From Candidatus Latescibacterota bacterium (lineage in GTDB: Bacteria; Latescibacterota; UBA2968; GCA-2709665), in the NCBI GenBank assembly GCA_965226795.1, contig CBDDDZ010000004.1:192001-256000 (forward strand): DNA of 64,000 nucleotides. Direction: 5' to 3'. Position numbers and translations under genes: made by a program. Under the pieces are notes generated by a model, which had not been told where the DNA came from, did not search any database, and was given only the letters and a program-made list of their open reading frames with translations. Numbering within the stretch: position 1 is the first letter of the stretch; every line of letters starts with the position of its first letter. Of the stretch, positions 41,162 through 52,363 are shown piece by piece.

Positions 41162-41683
41162 TTGACCAGCTTATCCTATCGGGACGCACGTCCGGATGTT
41201 CACGAAACGGCTTATCTGGCCGCAGGGGCGGTACTGATCGGGAAGGTGTGTGTCGCGGCAGAGGCGAGTGTCTGGTTCAATGCCGTATTGCGCGGCGACG
41301 AGGAGCCGATCCGGATCGGCAAGGGGTCCAATATCCAGGACGGATCGGTCCTGCATACCGACCCGGGATGCCCCTGTACCGTGGGTGAGTACGTAACGGT
41401 TGGGCACAACGCGATTCTGCATGGTTGTGCGGTGGAGCGCGGCGCTACGATTGGAATGGGCGCAACGGTGTTGAATCACGCACGGGTCGGCGAGGAATCA
41501 CTCGTGGCAGCCGGTGCGCTTGTGTTGGAGGGCATGGAGATCCCGCCCCGGACGCTGGCGGCCGGCGTGCCAGCCAGAGTACGGCGGGAACTGACGGATG
41601 ATGAGATCGCGCGTTTCAGGAAGAATACCGATGGGTACATAAGGCGGAGTGAAGTTTATAAGGGTTTGAAATCGAAGGACTAG
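41162..41683 (+). CDS. gamma carbonic anhydrase family (hexapeptide repeat) protein
   Basis: VWFNAVLRGD, SNIQDGSVLH, VGHNAILHGC. Confidence 0.93.
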   Translation: MTSLSYRDARPDVHETAYLAAGAVLIGKVCVAAEASVWFNAVLRGDEEPIRIGKGSNIQDGSVLHTDPGCPCTVGEYVTVGHNAILHGCAVERGATIGMGATVLNHARVGEESLVAAGALVLEGMEIPPRTLAAGVPARVRRELTDDEIARFRKNTDGYIRRSEVYKGLKSKD

Positions 41684-41863
41684 CGTCGAAATTTGCCGCA
41701 GGCGGGCTCTATATGGTTTTGGGCCCGCCATTATTATTTGTTCACCGAACCGCTGAAGCCATTTCCTGTCTCGGAATTCCGGCCTTTTCCTGAAGGGCGG
41801 CGGCTGCCTGGTCTTGTAACGGCCGGATCTTGTCTTGTACGCTCCGATTCACCCAAAGATACT

Positions 41864-42241
41864 GTGGATCCCACACACGATATTGCCGAGAGGTTCGAAC
41901 GGGGCGTCCGCGAGTTCAATTCCGGCGACTTTTATGCGTCTCACGACACGTGGGAGGACGTCTGGATGGATGTCCGAGGCCCCGAAAGACCCTTTTTTCA
42001 AGGGATGATTCAGGTGGCCGTGGGTTACTATCATCTGACGTGTGAGAATTACGCGGGCGCGGAACACCTGCTGACCCGGGGGATTCGGAAGCTGAAGGCA
42101 TTCGGTCCGACTCACCGGGGACTCGATTCCGGCGACCTGGTTGCCGGGGCGGCGACGGCGCTGGCGGAGGTCCTTGAGATTCGGGCGGGCATGCGGAAGG
42201 CATATCGATCGGAGATTGCGCCGAGGATTCGAAGGGTTTGA
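41864..42241 (+). CDS. DUF309 domain protein
   Basis: FNSGDFYASHDTWEDVW, QGMIQVAVGYYH; start uncertain. Confidence 0.88.
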   Translation: MDPTHDIAERFERGVREFNSGDFYASHDTWEDVWMDVRGPERPFFQGMIQVAVGYYHLTCENYAGAEHLLTRGIRKLKAFGPTHRGLDSGDLVAGAATALAEVLEIRAGMRKAYRSEIAPRIRRV

Positions 42242-42268
42242 CTTTTTACGATAGCCAATGTCGACGAT

Positions 42269-42291
42269 AAGGGCCTTGTGGCCCTTTTTTT
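42269..42291 (+). terminator. intrinsic terminator after DUF309
   Basis: AAGGGCC-ttgt-GGCCCTT-TTTTT. Confidence 0.75.
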
Positions 42292-42803
42292 ATCTCTCAA
42301 CATGAAAGATCGCCGTGCGAGTGCGGCCTGTAGGCTGTTCAGATCGGTCACGGATACCCCGATGCGGCTGAATCCGGGTTTGAGACGGGGCATCCAGTTC
42401 GAAGTAGATCGCCTCGGTGACATCATCGCCAGTCCGTTCGCAGCTCACGACCACCTCCTCTTCTCCCGCTCCAACAATTCTACGCACCATTGACGATATC
42501 GCGCCGAAGATCCCCTCGCCACGCCGGTCTTACGGGAACAACTCTTCCCAAATATCGTCCTGCCATATCGCGCCCTCCGATATTGCTCCATCTCCCCTGG
42601 CTTTCGCCGCCGACACCGGCGGCATATCCCGTTTCTTCCAAAAGGATCGCAGCCATTCTTCCCGTTCCCTACCGGACCCGCCGTCGTATATCTCAAGCTC
42701 CGCCGGGAACGTCACATGCGACAGATCCTCCTACTACGCCTGCCCGCTGTTGGGGAGCGCCGGCACAGACCAGTAGAAGAACTGGAACCTGCACGGCCGG
42801 CAT
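42290..42803 (-). pseudogene. decayed, internally deleted GWxTD-family gene
   Basis: Across frames it reads EDLSHV...LRSFWKKRD, EQYRRARYGRTIF, LFP*DRRGE, GIFGAISS...EVVVSCERTG...IYFELD, LKPGFSRIGVSVTDLN. These blocks are colinear with the protein at 52364-54580. Confidence 0.8.
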
Positions 42804-42955
42804 AGTGAATACATCGGAATGATGACGAATTACTCTACCAGCCTATCGGATAACGCCTTTCTGACTACCTGACTATGTATTATGTATAAGGAACGAAAAA
42901 TGGAAAAACAGTCAATTATGGCGGGAGTTTCCCGAACCTACCTTCCGATGAATAC

Positions 42956-42981
42956 AGACACCGGTTTGTCAATCCTGGTTC
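42956..42981 (-). promoter_or_regulatory. ECF-sigma-like promoter upstream of the GWxTD pseudogene
   Basis: GAAC-caggattgacaaaccg-GTGTCT on the minus strand. Confidence 0.5.
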
Positions 42982-43118
42982 AAATAAATCCGGACTTCAT
43001 TGATGTAAACAGTGGAAATTACTCTGGAAACTGTATCCGTCTTTCTGGATTTCACGTCCTTATTTGAATCCAGCCGCTATCGGCGTGTTTCACGGAATCC
43101 AGATTCGAGCAATGCTCG

Positions 43119-43147
43119 TTGACATGAACCGGCGGCTCATGTATATT
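43119..43147 (+). promoter_or_regulatory. sigma70-type promoter for SDR-GNAT
   Basis: TTGACA-N17-TATATT. Confidence 0.7.
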
Positions 43148-43233
43148 GGTTCAAGGCCGTAAGATGTTATTATTTGGCAACGTAGTCGATGGCTAAGGGC
43201 AATTTCGACGATGCGACATCCAAGGAGTTTTCG

Positions 43234-44022
43234 ATGCGGTTAAAGGGAAAGGTCGCCTGGATTACGGGCGGCGGCGCAGGCATTGGCAGGGCCGCGTCAA
43301 TGCGGTTCGCGAAGGAAGGCGCGAAGGTGGTTGTACTGGAACTGGACCAGGCGCGCGGAGAGGCCGTCGTTGAGTCGATCCACCGGGCGGACGGCGAGGC
43401 GGCGCTGGTGGTGGGCAGCGCCACCGATGAGGCGGATGTAAAACGCGCGCTCGATATGGCCATGAAAACGTATGGCGGCCTTGATATTCTGGTGAACAAT
43501 GCCTATTATTGCCATGGGACTCACGTCCTGGAAATTGATTCGGAATTATGGGACCGGAATATCGAGGGATGCCTGAAAAGCGCCTACCTGTGCAGCCGGG
43601 CCTCGCTTCCGCAGATGATCCAACGCGGCGGTGGGTCGATCGTGAATATTTCGTCCGTTAACGCGATCATGTCGTTTGGCGAAAGCGCGTATAGCGCAGC
43701 GAAGGCAGGCGTCATTTCGCTCACGAAAACAATGGCAGTGGATTACGGACCCGAAGGGGTGCGGGTGAATGCAATTTGCCCCGGAACCGTTATCACGGAA
43801 GGGTGGCAGCCCGTACTTGAAAAGGATCCACAAATATTCGAACGCATCGCGGAGGTGTATCCGCTCAAGCGCGTGGGCAAACCTGAGGAAATCGCGAACG
43901 TAGCACTTTTTCTGGCCTCGGACGAGGCGTCGTTCGTTACCGGCGCGGTTGTCGTGGCCGACGGTGGCGTGACGTCGGGAAATCCCGCATTTCTGGATCA
44001 CGTAGAGGGTAAACTCTCGTGA
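43234..44022 (+). CDS. short-chain dehydrogenase/reductase (FabG-like)
   Basis: TGGGAGIG, LVNNA, NISS, YSAAK, NAICPG; ATG after AAGGAG. Confidence 0.93.
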   Translation: MRLKGKVAWITGGGAGIGRAASMRFAKEGAKVVVLELDQARGEAVVESIHRADGEAALVVGSATDEADVKRALDMAMKTYGGLDILVNNAYYCHGTHVLEIDSELWDRNIEGCLKSAYLCSRASLPQMIQRGGGSIVNISSVNAIMSFGESAYSAAKAGVISLTKTMAVDYGPEGVRVNAICPGTVITEGWQPVLEKDPQIFERIAEVYPLKRVGKPEEIANVALFLASDEASFVTGAVVVADGGVTSGNPAFLDHVEGKLS

Positions 44023-44960
44023 ATACAACCATTCGTTTGCGGGACGAGTCCGTATCAGATCGGGATCTGGTAGACTTGATGGCGCGTTGTGCGGGCGGGG
44101 GCGGGGATGTAACGCCGCCAACAATGGAGACCCTCGAAAAACTGCGCAATGACGAGATTGTGCTGGCGTACGTTGGAGCGACGCCCGTGGGTGTCTGCGT
44201 GCTGACGTTAACAGGCGGAGACAGGGACGCGTTGCTAAGATTCCTGGGTGTCCTTCCCCAGCACCGCCGCTCGGGTGTTGGCCGGCGGTTACTGGCGAAC
44301 GTGGAAGCGGTTGCGGGCAGAAACGGGAACGAATCCTTGCGGACGGCCGCGAGCATCGCCAGCGATAACGCAGCCGCTGCCGGACTGCTCGAAAGGACAG
44401 GCTGGAAACCCGCGTTCGGCGCGGGCCTGAGAATGTGGCGGGAACTGACGAACCTTCCCGAAGCAAAACCACCGGCGGGGTACCGAGTCAGGACCTACGA
44501 AACCGGCGACGATGCGGCATTTGTACGGATCAAAAACGCGGCCTTTATGACGGAGAACGGTAACGGACGGGCGTGGACGGTGGCGAACTTTCAGAAGGAA
44601 TATCTCGACTCCCCATATTTTAAGCCGGAACGGGTCCTGTTTGCAGTCTGCAACGGAGAACCCGTAGGAACGACAACGGCCTGGACGGCGATGAATCATG
44701 CCAAGGAAGTCGGTCTGATTCACTGGGTCGCAGTTGTTCCTGAACACCGGAGAAAGGGTTTGGGGTGGGTGTTGAACGTCCGGGCGGTACATAAATTGAA
44801 GGAACTGGGGTACGGGGAAGCGATCCTCAACACCAGCGAAACGCTGGAATCGGCCGTTCGCCTGTACCACCGGCTGGGCTTTGAGGTGGTTCTCCGGCGC
44901 GCGGTGTACGAGAAGCGGTTGGGTGGAAGTCGCAAGCCGTCCTTCATTTCACAGGATTAA
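44019..44960 (+). CDS. tandem GNAT N-acetyltransferase (MshD-like architecture)
   Basis: Two acetyl-CoA motifs, VLPQHRRSGVG and VVPEHRRKGLG; AVRLYHRLGF. Confidence 0.88.
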   Translation: MNTTIRLRDESVSDRDLVDLMARCAGGGGDVTPPTMETLEKLRNDEIVLAYVGATPVGVCVLTLTGGDRDALLRFLGVLPQHRRSGVGRRLLANVEAVAGRNGNESLRTAASIASDNAAAAGLLERTGWKPAFGAGLRMWRELTNLPEAKPPAGYRVRTYETGDDAAFVRIKNAAFMTENGNGRAWTVANFQKEYLDSPYFKPERVLFAVCNGEPVGTTTAWTAMNHAKEVGLIHWVAVVPEHRRKGLGWVLNVRAVHKLKELGYGEAILNTSETLESAVRLYHRLGFEVVLRRAVYEKRLGGSRKPSFISQD

Positions 44961-45002
44961 ACGCTGCAGCGTGGAATCTGGCCGGGTGAGAGGTCGACGG
45001 AA

Positions 45003-45521
45003 ATGAAGCGGTGGCTGGGAATACTATTGATCATCTGCCTGGGCTGTGGATCGTCGGATCCCGTCGGGGTCGTTGAGCCGACACCCGACACCACGGCTGT
45101 GATGTTGTCGGTTGCTGTATCGGATCTGAATGCGTACCTGGTAAACGTCTCGCGGACCTACGAGACAGTGAATCTGATGAATGCCGAATTCGCGTCCATC
45201 TCCCAGGGATGGTCGGGCGGCGTGGTTTCAAGGTACTGGACACGGCAGTTCATGTCCAATTTGATCGCCCGTTTGGAGACGTTGCAGGTGCAGGTACGGG
45301 ACATTCGGCCGAACGATAGCGAATTGAGCCGGATTCACGACCGGTACGAGCAGGGGCTGGCCACCTTCCACGAGGCTTTTGCCGGCTTTGTCGACCAGAT
45401 CGACTTCCCGACGCCTGAAGGGATCGAAGGCGTGAACCTGCTGATATACAGAGGCAATTTGCGAATAGACGAGTTTCAGCTAATGTTGAGCAATCTTGCA
45501 GGAAGGCAAATTCTGTTTTAG
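45003..45521 (+). CDS. hypothetical lipoprotein
   Basis: MKRWLGILLIICLGC lipobox-like signal; helical body. Confidence 0.7.
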   Translation: MKRWLGILLIICLGCGSSDPVGVVEPTPDTTAVMLSVAVSDLNAYLVNVSRTYETVNLMNAEFASISQGWSGGVVSRYWTRQFMSNLIARLETLQVQVRDIRPNDSELSRIHDRYEQGLATFHEAFAGFVDQIDFPTPEGIEGVNLLIYRGNLRIDEFQLMLSNLAGRQILF

Positions 45522-45817
45522 CGAATTTGCAGGATTTTTGAGGCCAGGATTCAACCCAGATCCGGTGTGTTGGCGGGGAACTCGCGAATAATCCCCTATT
45601 CGATCCTGTCAGCATCATCTCCCCGTCTTACGTTTCATCGCTATACTATTTCATCAACGTGTGGAATGACCGGGCACGCGGGCATCCCAACGCCGTCTTC
45701 CGCCCTGGTATGACGCAGGCCGATCGTGCCATTCCGTCAAAGACAGGAATACTCGTGAAATATCGTCCAGGCTCCATTCTTCGACCAAACTCAGGCGGCA
45801 CTGTGCCGAGAGACTTA

Positions 45818-48800
45818 ATGCACTCGGCGGTCCTGGGCGCGATTGCCCTCTGCATCCTTGGCGCGGCGTCTCCGGCGTGGTCCCAGAACCCGGAACTGGT
45901 GCTGTCCGTGTCATCGCTGACTTTGACGGAGGGTTCCAGCGCCAGTTATACGGTTAAGCTGGAAGCAGAGCCGACGACCACCTTAACGGTGTACATTACC
46001 GGTACGTCAGGAACAGACCTTACATTGAACGAAGAATCGCTGACGTTCACCACGGACAACTGGAACTCCCCGCAGACGGTAACGGTGTCGGCAGGTGAGG
46101 ACGGAAACGAGGTCAATGATATCGAGAAGCTGAAGCACATTGTATTTGGAGATTGCTGCTGCGGACGCCTTAGCGGCGAAATTCCCGTTACCGTGGTCGA
46201 CAACGAAAGGTTCAATCTGGTGCTTTCGCCTGCCTCGCTGACGGTCGGCGAGGGTGAAAGCGCCACCTACACCGTCAAGCTGGCGTTGCAACCGACGGGA
46301 AACGTAACCGTGACCATCGGCGGTACTTCGGGGACTGACCTTTCGTTGAACAGATCCACCCTGACGTTCTCCACCGGCAGCTGGAATTCCCCGCAAACGG
46401 TGAGGGTCACCGCGCGCCAGGACGAGAACCGAAGTCATGACAGCGAGACGATCACACACACCGCCTCGGGCGGCGGCTACGGGTCGGTCAGCGAGGATCT
46501 CCCGGTTACCGTGACGGACGACGACGTGCCCGATCTGGTGTTTTCGCCCGCCTCGCTGACAGTCGGCGAGGGAGAAAGCGCCACCTACACGGTCAAGCTG
46601 GCGGCACGACCCGATAGTGACGTATCTTTGGACGTAGACGCTTTTTCCGGAGATAACCTCACCCTGGACAAGTACGAACTGACGTTCACCACCAACAACT
46701 GGAACAACCCCCAGAGGGTGAGAGTGACCGCAGGCCATGACCCTGACGGGGCCAACGAAAATGCAGGGGTGTGGCACGCGGGCTCGGGCGGCGGCTACGG
46801 GTCGGTGTTCAAGTTCATCCACGTTACTGTGACGGACGACGATACACCGGATCTGGTGTTGTCGGAGCGTTCGCTGACGATCAACGAAGGAGAACATACC
46901 ACCTACACCGTGAAGCTGGCAATCGTGCCGACGGGCAACGTGACGGTGACCATCGGCGGCACCTCGGGGACCGACCTTACATTGGACAAGGATGAACTGA
47001 CGTTCGACACCAACACCTGGAACTCCCCGCAGACGGTGAGGGTCACTGCCGACACGGATCCGGACGGAACCAATGACAGCGAGACGCTCACGCACACGGC
47101 GTCGGGCGTTCACCACCAACACCTGGACTACGGTGGGTCGCTGAATAAAGACCTGCCCGTTACCGTGACCCGGACAAGCTGACGATCAACACACCTAACC
47201 GTCTGGCGACACAGCCGACGGGCGTGACCGTGACCACGGCCGGGGACCGACCTCGAACTCCGGCTGGAATCCCCGCAGACGGTGAGGGTCACGGCACGCA
47301 CAGACGCGGACACAAATGACAGCGAGACGCTCACGCACACGGCCTCGGGGGGCGACTACGGGTCGGTAACCAAAGACCTTCCCGTTGCCGTGACGGACAA
47401 GGACGTGCCCAATCTGTTTCTGTCGCCTGGCTCGCTGACAATCGACGAGGGAGACGACAAGACCTATACCCTCAAGCTGGCGACGCTGCCCACGGGTGAC
47501 GTGACGGTGACCATTGGTGGCATTTCGGGAACCGTCCTTACATTGGACAAGAATGAACTGACGTTCACCACCACGACATGGAACTCCCCCCAGACCGTGA
47601 GGGTAACGGCTGACGAGGACACGGACAAGACCGATGACAGAGAGACGCTCACGCACATGGCGTCGGGCGGCGGCTACGGAGGGGTCAACAAGGGCCTACC
47701 CGTAACCATTAACGACAACGATAAGCCGCGCTTGATCCTTTCGCGAAATTCGCTGACGATCACCGAGGGCGGAAACGGCACCTACACTGTAAAACTGGCG
47801 ACGCCGCCGACGGGTGACGTGACGGTGACCATCGGAGGTACGTCGGGGACCGATCTTACCTTGAACAATGCCTCGCTGACGTTCGACACCAACACCTGGA
47901 ACTCCCCCCAGACGGTGCGGGTCACGGCCGGACAGGATCCGGATGTATCCAATGACAGAGCGACACTGACGCACATGGCCTCGGGCGGAGGCTACGATTC
48001 GGTGAGCAAGTACCTCACCGTTTCGGTGAGGGACGACGATACGAGCCGAAGGCGGGCGGTGATCGCGGTGCAGGTGTCGTTTGCGCGGGCGACCTACACG
48101 GCGACGGAAGGTGGTGGCACGGCGACGGTGAGCTTGTCCTTAAACAAGAACCCCGGGCGTAAAGTGGTGGTCCCGCTGATGGTAACGATGAATGGCGGGG
48201 CGACACCGGACGACTACTCCGGCGTGCCGGAAAGCATCACGTTTTATAACGACCAGTTGAAAAAGACCTTTGACGTCACCGCTACCGACGACGCCGTTAA
48301 CGATGGCGGCGAGAGCCTGACGATCGGTTTCGGCAGATTGCCCAGTGGCGTCAGCACGGGCAGTCATGCGACGTCGCAGATAATCCTGCAGGACAACGAC
48401 GCTGTGGTCGAAGTGTATTTCGACCAGCCGACCTACACGGCGGAAGAGGGCGGCGCCGCCGCAATGGTGCGCTTGCGCTTGAGCAAGGACGCCACACGCG
48501 AGGTAACGATTCCATTGACAGCGGCTTATGAAGGTGGCGCGGCGGAAGACGACTTTGCCGGTGTGCCGGAACAAATCACTTTTGCGCGAGGAGAATCGGA
48601 AAAGACCTTTAACGTCACCGCCGCGGACGACGACGTGGATGACGACGCCGAGAGCCTGACACTGGGTTTCGGCACGTTGCCCGACGGGTACGGTCCAGGC
48701 GAGACTGCCGCGACTTCCGTCAATGTCAGGGACAACGATGACCCGGTGGTCACCGTGTCCTTTGACCAGTCGACCTATGAGGGCGTGGAAGGCGGCGCCG

Positions 48801-51553
48801 CCGCGGTCGTTCGAGTGCGTTTGAGCGCGGATCCCGAGCGGCAGGTCTCGATTCCACTGACGGCGACACCGGGCAACGGCGCCACGGCAAATGACTATTC
48901 CGACGTGCCTGAAACCATCGTCTTCAACAGCGGTCAGACGGCAAAGGACTTCGTGGTTACGGTTATCGATGACGACATTGACGATGACGGTGAAACACTG
49001 TCGTTCAGCATTGGTACCCCGCCCGAGAGGGTCAATGTGGGACGTCCGTCAACGACAGTCGTACGCCTTTCCGACAATGACGATCCGGTGGTAACGATCT
49101 CATTTGGCGCGGAGGAATACACGGCCGAAGAGGGCGGCCAGGCGGCAAGTATAACCTTGAGTATGAGCGCAGACCCCGAACGCCGGGTCACCATTCCACT
49201 GAACGTGACTCCTGGTAACGGCGCCACAGAGGCGGACTACAGAGTATCGCCGAACGTGACCTTTGACAGCGGCGAAACGGAAAAGACAGTTGAACTGTTG
49301 GCGGTTGATGACAACGTCGACGATGACGGCGAGACCGTAGCGCTCGGATTCGGCGCGCTCCCCTCAATGGTCACTGCGGGTGATCGGACAACCGCTACCG
49401 TTACGCTGACCGACAACGACGAGCGCGGAGTGATCGTATCCGTGACGGAACTGGCGATTTCCGAAGGGGATGCCGGCAGCTATGCCGTGGCGCTTCGCAG
49501 CAGGCCGACAGGTACGGTTACCGTTAATATTACCGGCATGGAAAATACCGACGTGTCGGTAGACCCGAATCAGTTGTCGTTCACGTCGCAGAACTGGAAC
49601 ATTACCAAGGCGGTTGGTGTCCGCACGCAGGACGACGACGACGCAGTGGCGGATCAGGTGACATTGCGCCACGCCACCAGCGGAGGGGACTACGGGAACG
49701 TGGTGGCTCCGACCGTGGTCGTAACGGTCATTGAAGACGAAATGCCGGCGATGACGGTGGAGAACCAGCGCGCAACGGAAGGCGCGGGGGCGATGGTATT
49801 CACCGTTACGCTGGATATGCCGAGCAGTGAGGAAGTCACCGTGAAATATGCGACCTCTAACGGCACGGCATTTTCAGGCGAAGACTACAGCTCAACGCAG
49901 GGCACCCTGGGCTTCGCCGCGCTGCAGACTCGCCAGACGATCAGTGTGCCGCTCATCGACGACAATGTGGATGAAGACGCGGAGACGTTTACACTGACGC
50001 TGACCGAACCTGTGAATGCGACGCTGAGTGGCGGGAGGGTGGTTGCTACGGGCACGATAGATGACAACGATGCCGCGGAGGAAGCGCTGGAGGTTCTGCT
50101 TTCGAGCGTCGGTCGGATGGTGGTGACAGATGTCATTAACGTTGTCAGTGGTCGATTCGATCAACCCGTGGGCATCGAGTCCTCACTCACCCTGGGCGGG
50201 CTGCCCGCGGTTTCCAATGAAGGGCATCCGGGCAACCGGTCGCATTATGCCACCCGATCGAGGTTCGACAGGCTTTCGGCGCCTGGCGACGACCTCTGGA
50301 TACCATTGAAAACGCAGATTTCACACCCTCACGGTCTGAACGCGCCGGCATCTTTCGAGAGCCGTGCCAGCGCATCCGGTCTGTTGTCCGGCAGCGACTT
50401 CGAGATGCCACTCACGCGCGCAGACAGAGTCGGCTCCTGGGTCCTCTGGGGACAGGTCACCCTGACCGGTTTTTCGAGTCTTCCGAACGCCATACGCAGG
50501 ATGGACGCGGATGGGTTCACGGGGTATCTCGGCATTGAATACCAGATGCGGCAGAATCTGCTGGTGGGATTGGCGCTGACGCATAGCCGGGGCGACCTGG
50601 ACTATAACCACGTGAAAACCAGGAATACGCTCGTGCCCAGCGACTACGGCATTACCAGTCTCATGCCGTACGTCCACGTTCAGGTACGCCCGCGGCTCGG
50701 GATCTGGGGAATGGCCGGATACGGGCGCGGAAGCTCGGATATGAGGGACCTGCTTGGGTTCCACGACGCGGACATGTCGCTGATGATGGGGGCCACGGGC
50801 GCAAGGCAGGAATTATCCAGGTGGCATGGCATCGGTTTCGCGGTTAAGGGAGACGCCTTCTACGTGCGGACGAAGTCCGACGGGACCGCGCGATTGCCGG
50901 ATGTGCTTGTAGAGGCCAAGCGGGTGCGCTTGATGATTGAGGGCCGGCGGACCCTCGCCTTCGATCCGGTATTGCGTTTTACCCCCAGGGTTGAAATCGG
51001 CGGGCGATGGGACAGGGGACATGTAGAGAATGGCGCGGGCATAGACGTGGGTGGAGGCTTCGAACTGGCTCACGCGGAACGCGGCGTCAGTCTGTCTACT
51101 CACTTGCGATACCTGCTGGTTCACCAGCAGGACGCCCGCGAGGAATGGGGCGTCAGCCTGATTTTACGCATCGATCCGGGAATGGTCAGAGAGGGCGTCG
51201 TGATGGATATATCGCCGGTTTGGGGCGCGCCCGGGGGTGGTCCGGAAGCGATATGGCGTAGCGAGGCGGGCCTGGGGATCGGGGGTTACCCGGGATCGGA
51301 GCGTGCGCCGACCATGAGACCGGACCGCATGGCGTTCAATTTCGGATACCAGCTGTTGACGCAGGAAAAAGACGCACTGGTAACCCCCTACGGTGGGTGG
51401 ACAACGGGTATCCGCGGTTACCAGAGCTATCGCGTAGGCAGTCGGCTGGTTGTGGGAAGGGGTGTGGATATGAATCTGGAAGGCACGCGCCAGGCCTATG
51501 ACCAAAGTCCGGGCGCCTATGGGTTGATGCTGCGTGGACGGATGAGATGGTAG
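45818..51553 (+). CDS. large Calx-beta/Ig-like repeat autotransporter-type adhesin, interrupted at 47170-47281
   Basis: Signal peptide; ~105-aa repeats (EG..YTVKL...LTF...WNSPQTV); Calx-beta repeats (DD.VDDD.E, YATSNGTA..GEDY); C-terminal beta-barrel ending RMRW. Confidence 0.85.
45895..48040 (+). repeat. seven tandem ~315-bp intragenic repeats (fifth copy damaged)
   Basis: Recurrent tggaactccccgcagacggtgagggtcac, acgggcaacgtgacggtgaccatcggcgg and tcgggcggcggctacgg blocks. Confidence 0.85.
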
Positions 51554-51601
51554 GTGGGGAGAAGCAAATTCAACATCCGCTTCTTCCAAATTCCCTGCCT
51601 C

Positions 51602-52099
51602 CGGCGGGTTCCTTTTGACACGACCAAAAGGAACCAAAAGTCGCCGCTGGGTGCGGTGCCTGCCATATGCATAGCGCGAATCGCCTCACGGGATGCACAT
51701 GATCTTCTGCCCTACCTACCGCGGCAGATATCGGTGTTCGGCGCTGGACGGAACCACGCGCTCTGCTGTGGCTATCCTCCGGATGGGCTTGGCCAACAAG
51801 ACTCGTTAGGCATCCAGACGACGAGTAAAATGGATGTGTTTTTCACACGCATTCTCACGCGATTCGCCTCTCGCGCGACCGGTCGTGGTGAGGGCGGGCT
51901 TTTCCGCGTTATTCCGTCCACCACCTGTGCTTGGTGAAGCCAATGAGGCACGTAGGGTACAGCCTCCGGTCTCTGCGTTTGAGGTGGTTCGCGGAAAAGC
52001 AGCCCCGCGGCGTCTGAGCGGCCTGCCTGCGCCGAGTCGTGCTCGGCAGGCAGGCGCCGTTCTTTTTGGCCCTTTTTCTTTGGCGAGAAAGAAAAAGGG
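51602..52099. other. ~500-nt structured non-coding element with hairpin-shaped inverted termini
   Basis: Terminal hairpins at 51607-51635 and 52070-52099; internal pairings 51676-84/51859-67 and 51896-908/51990-52005; hairpin at 52021-55. Confidence 0.55.
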
Positions 52100-52121
52100 A
52101 TTTAGATCCTCCGCCCAAGAC

Positions 52122-52147
52122 GGGTCCTTTCAGGACCCCTTTTTTTA
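52122..52147 (+). terminator. intrinsic terminator
   Basis: GGGTCCT-ttc-AGGACCC-cTTTTTTT. Confidence 0.75.
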
Positions 52148-52228
52148 TTGTTCGTCAGACGACGGGCCTGGTGGCCGTTCTTTTTCGGGAAGAGTACAAC
52201 ATCTTCACTAAATTTAACGAACTCGAAC

Positions 52229-52260
52229 CCGGCAAGGTGTGTCTTACAATATGGAACTGG
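52229..52260 (+). promoter_or_regulatory. ECF-sigma-like promoter upstream of GWxTD gene 1
   Basis: GAAC-tcgaacccggcaaggt-GTGTCTTACAAT. Confidence 0.55.
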
Positions 52261-52363
52261 TGCATCCCGAGATCCTGCGGCGGATCGCGCCTAATGCCGA
52301 CCGACCTCGACCAAACCATCAACTTCAAGGCAGGGATGGATTCCCAAACTTAAGGTTGCCAAT

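Noticed and set aside
45600..45635. Additional copies of the ECF-like motif before the adhesin (GTCTTAC) and before 40005 (GCCTTACA)
   Set aside because: Only the -10-like half matches; there is no GAAC at the right spacing.
47109..47127. His-rich HHQHLD loop in adhesin repeat 4 as a metal-binding insert
   Set aside because: The DNA (ttcaccaccaacacctgga) is an out-of-frame copy of the repeat's own FTTNTW segment next to the damaged region, so it is probably an artefact or recombination scar.
45895..48040. CRISPR array or DGR template/variable repeats
   Set aside because: The repeats are ~315-bp in-frame protein domains; there are no spacers, cas genes, reverse transcriptase or adenine-specific variation.
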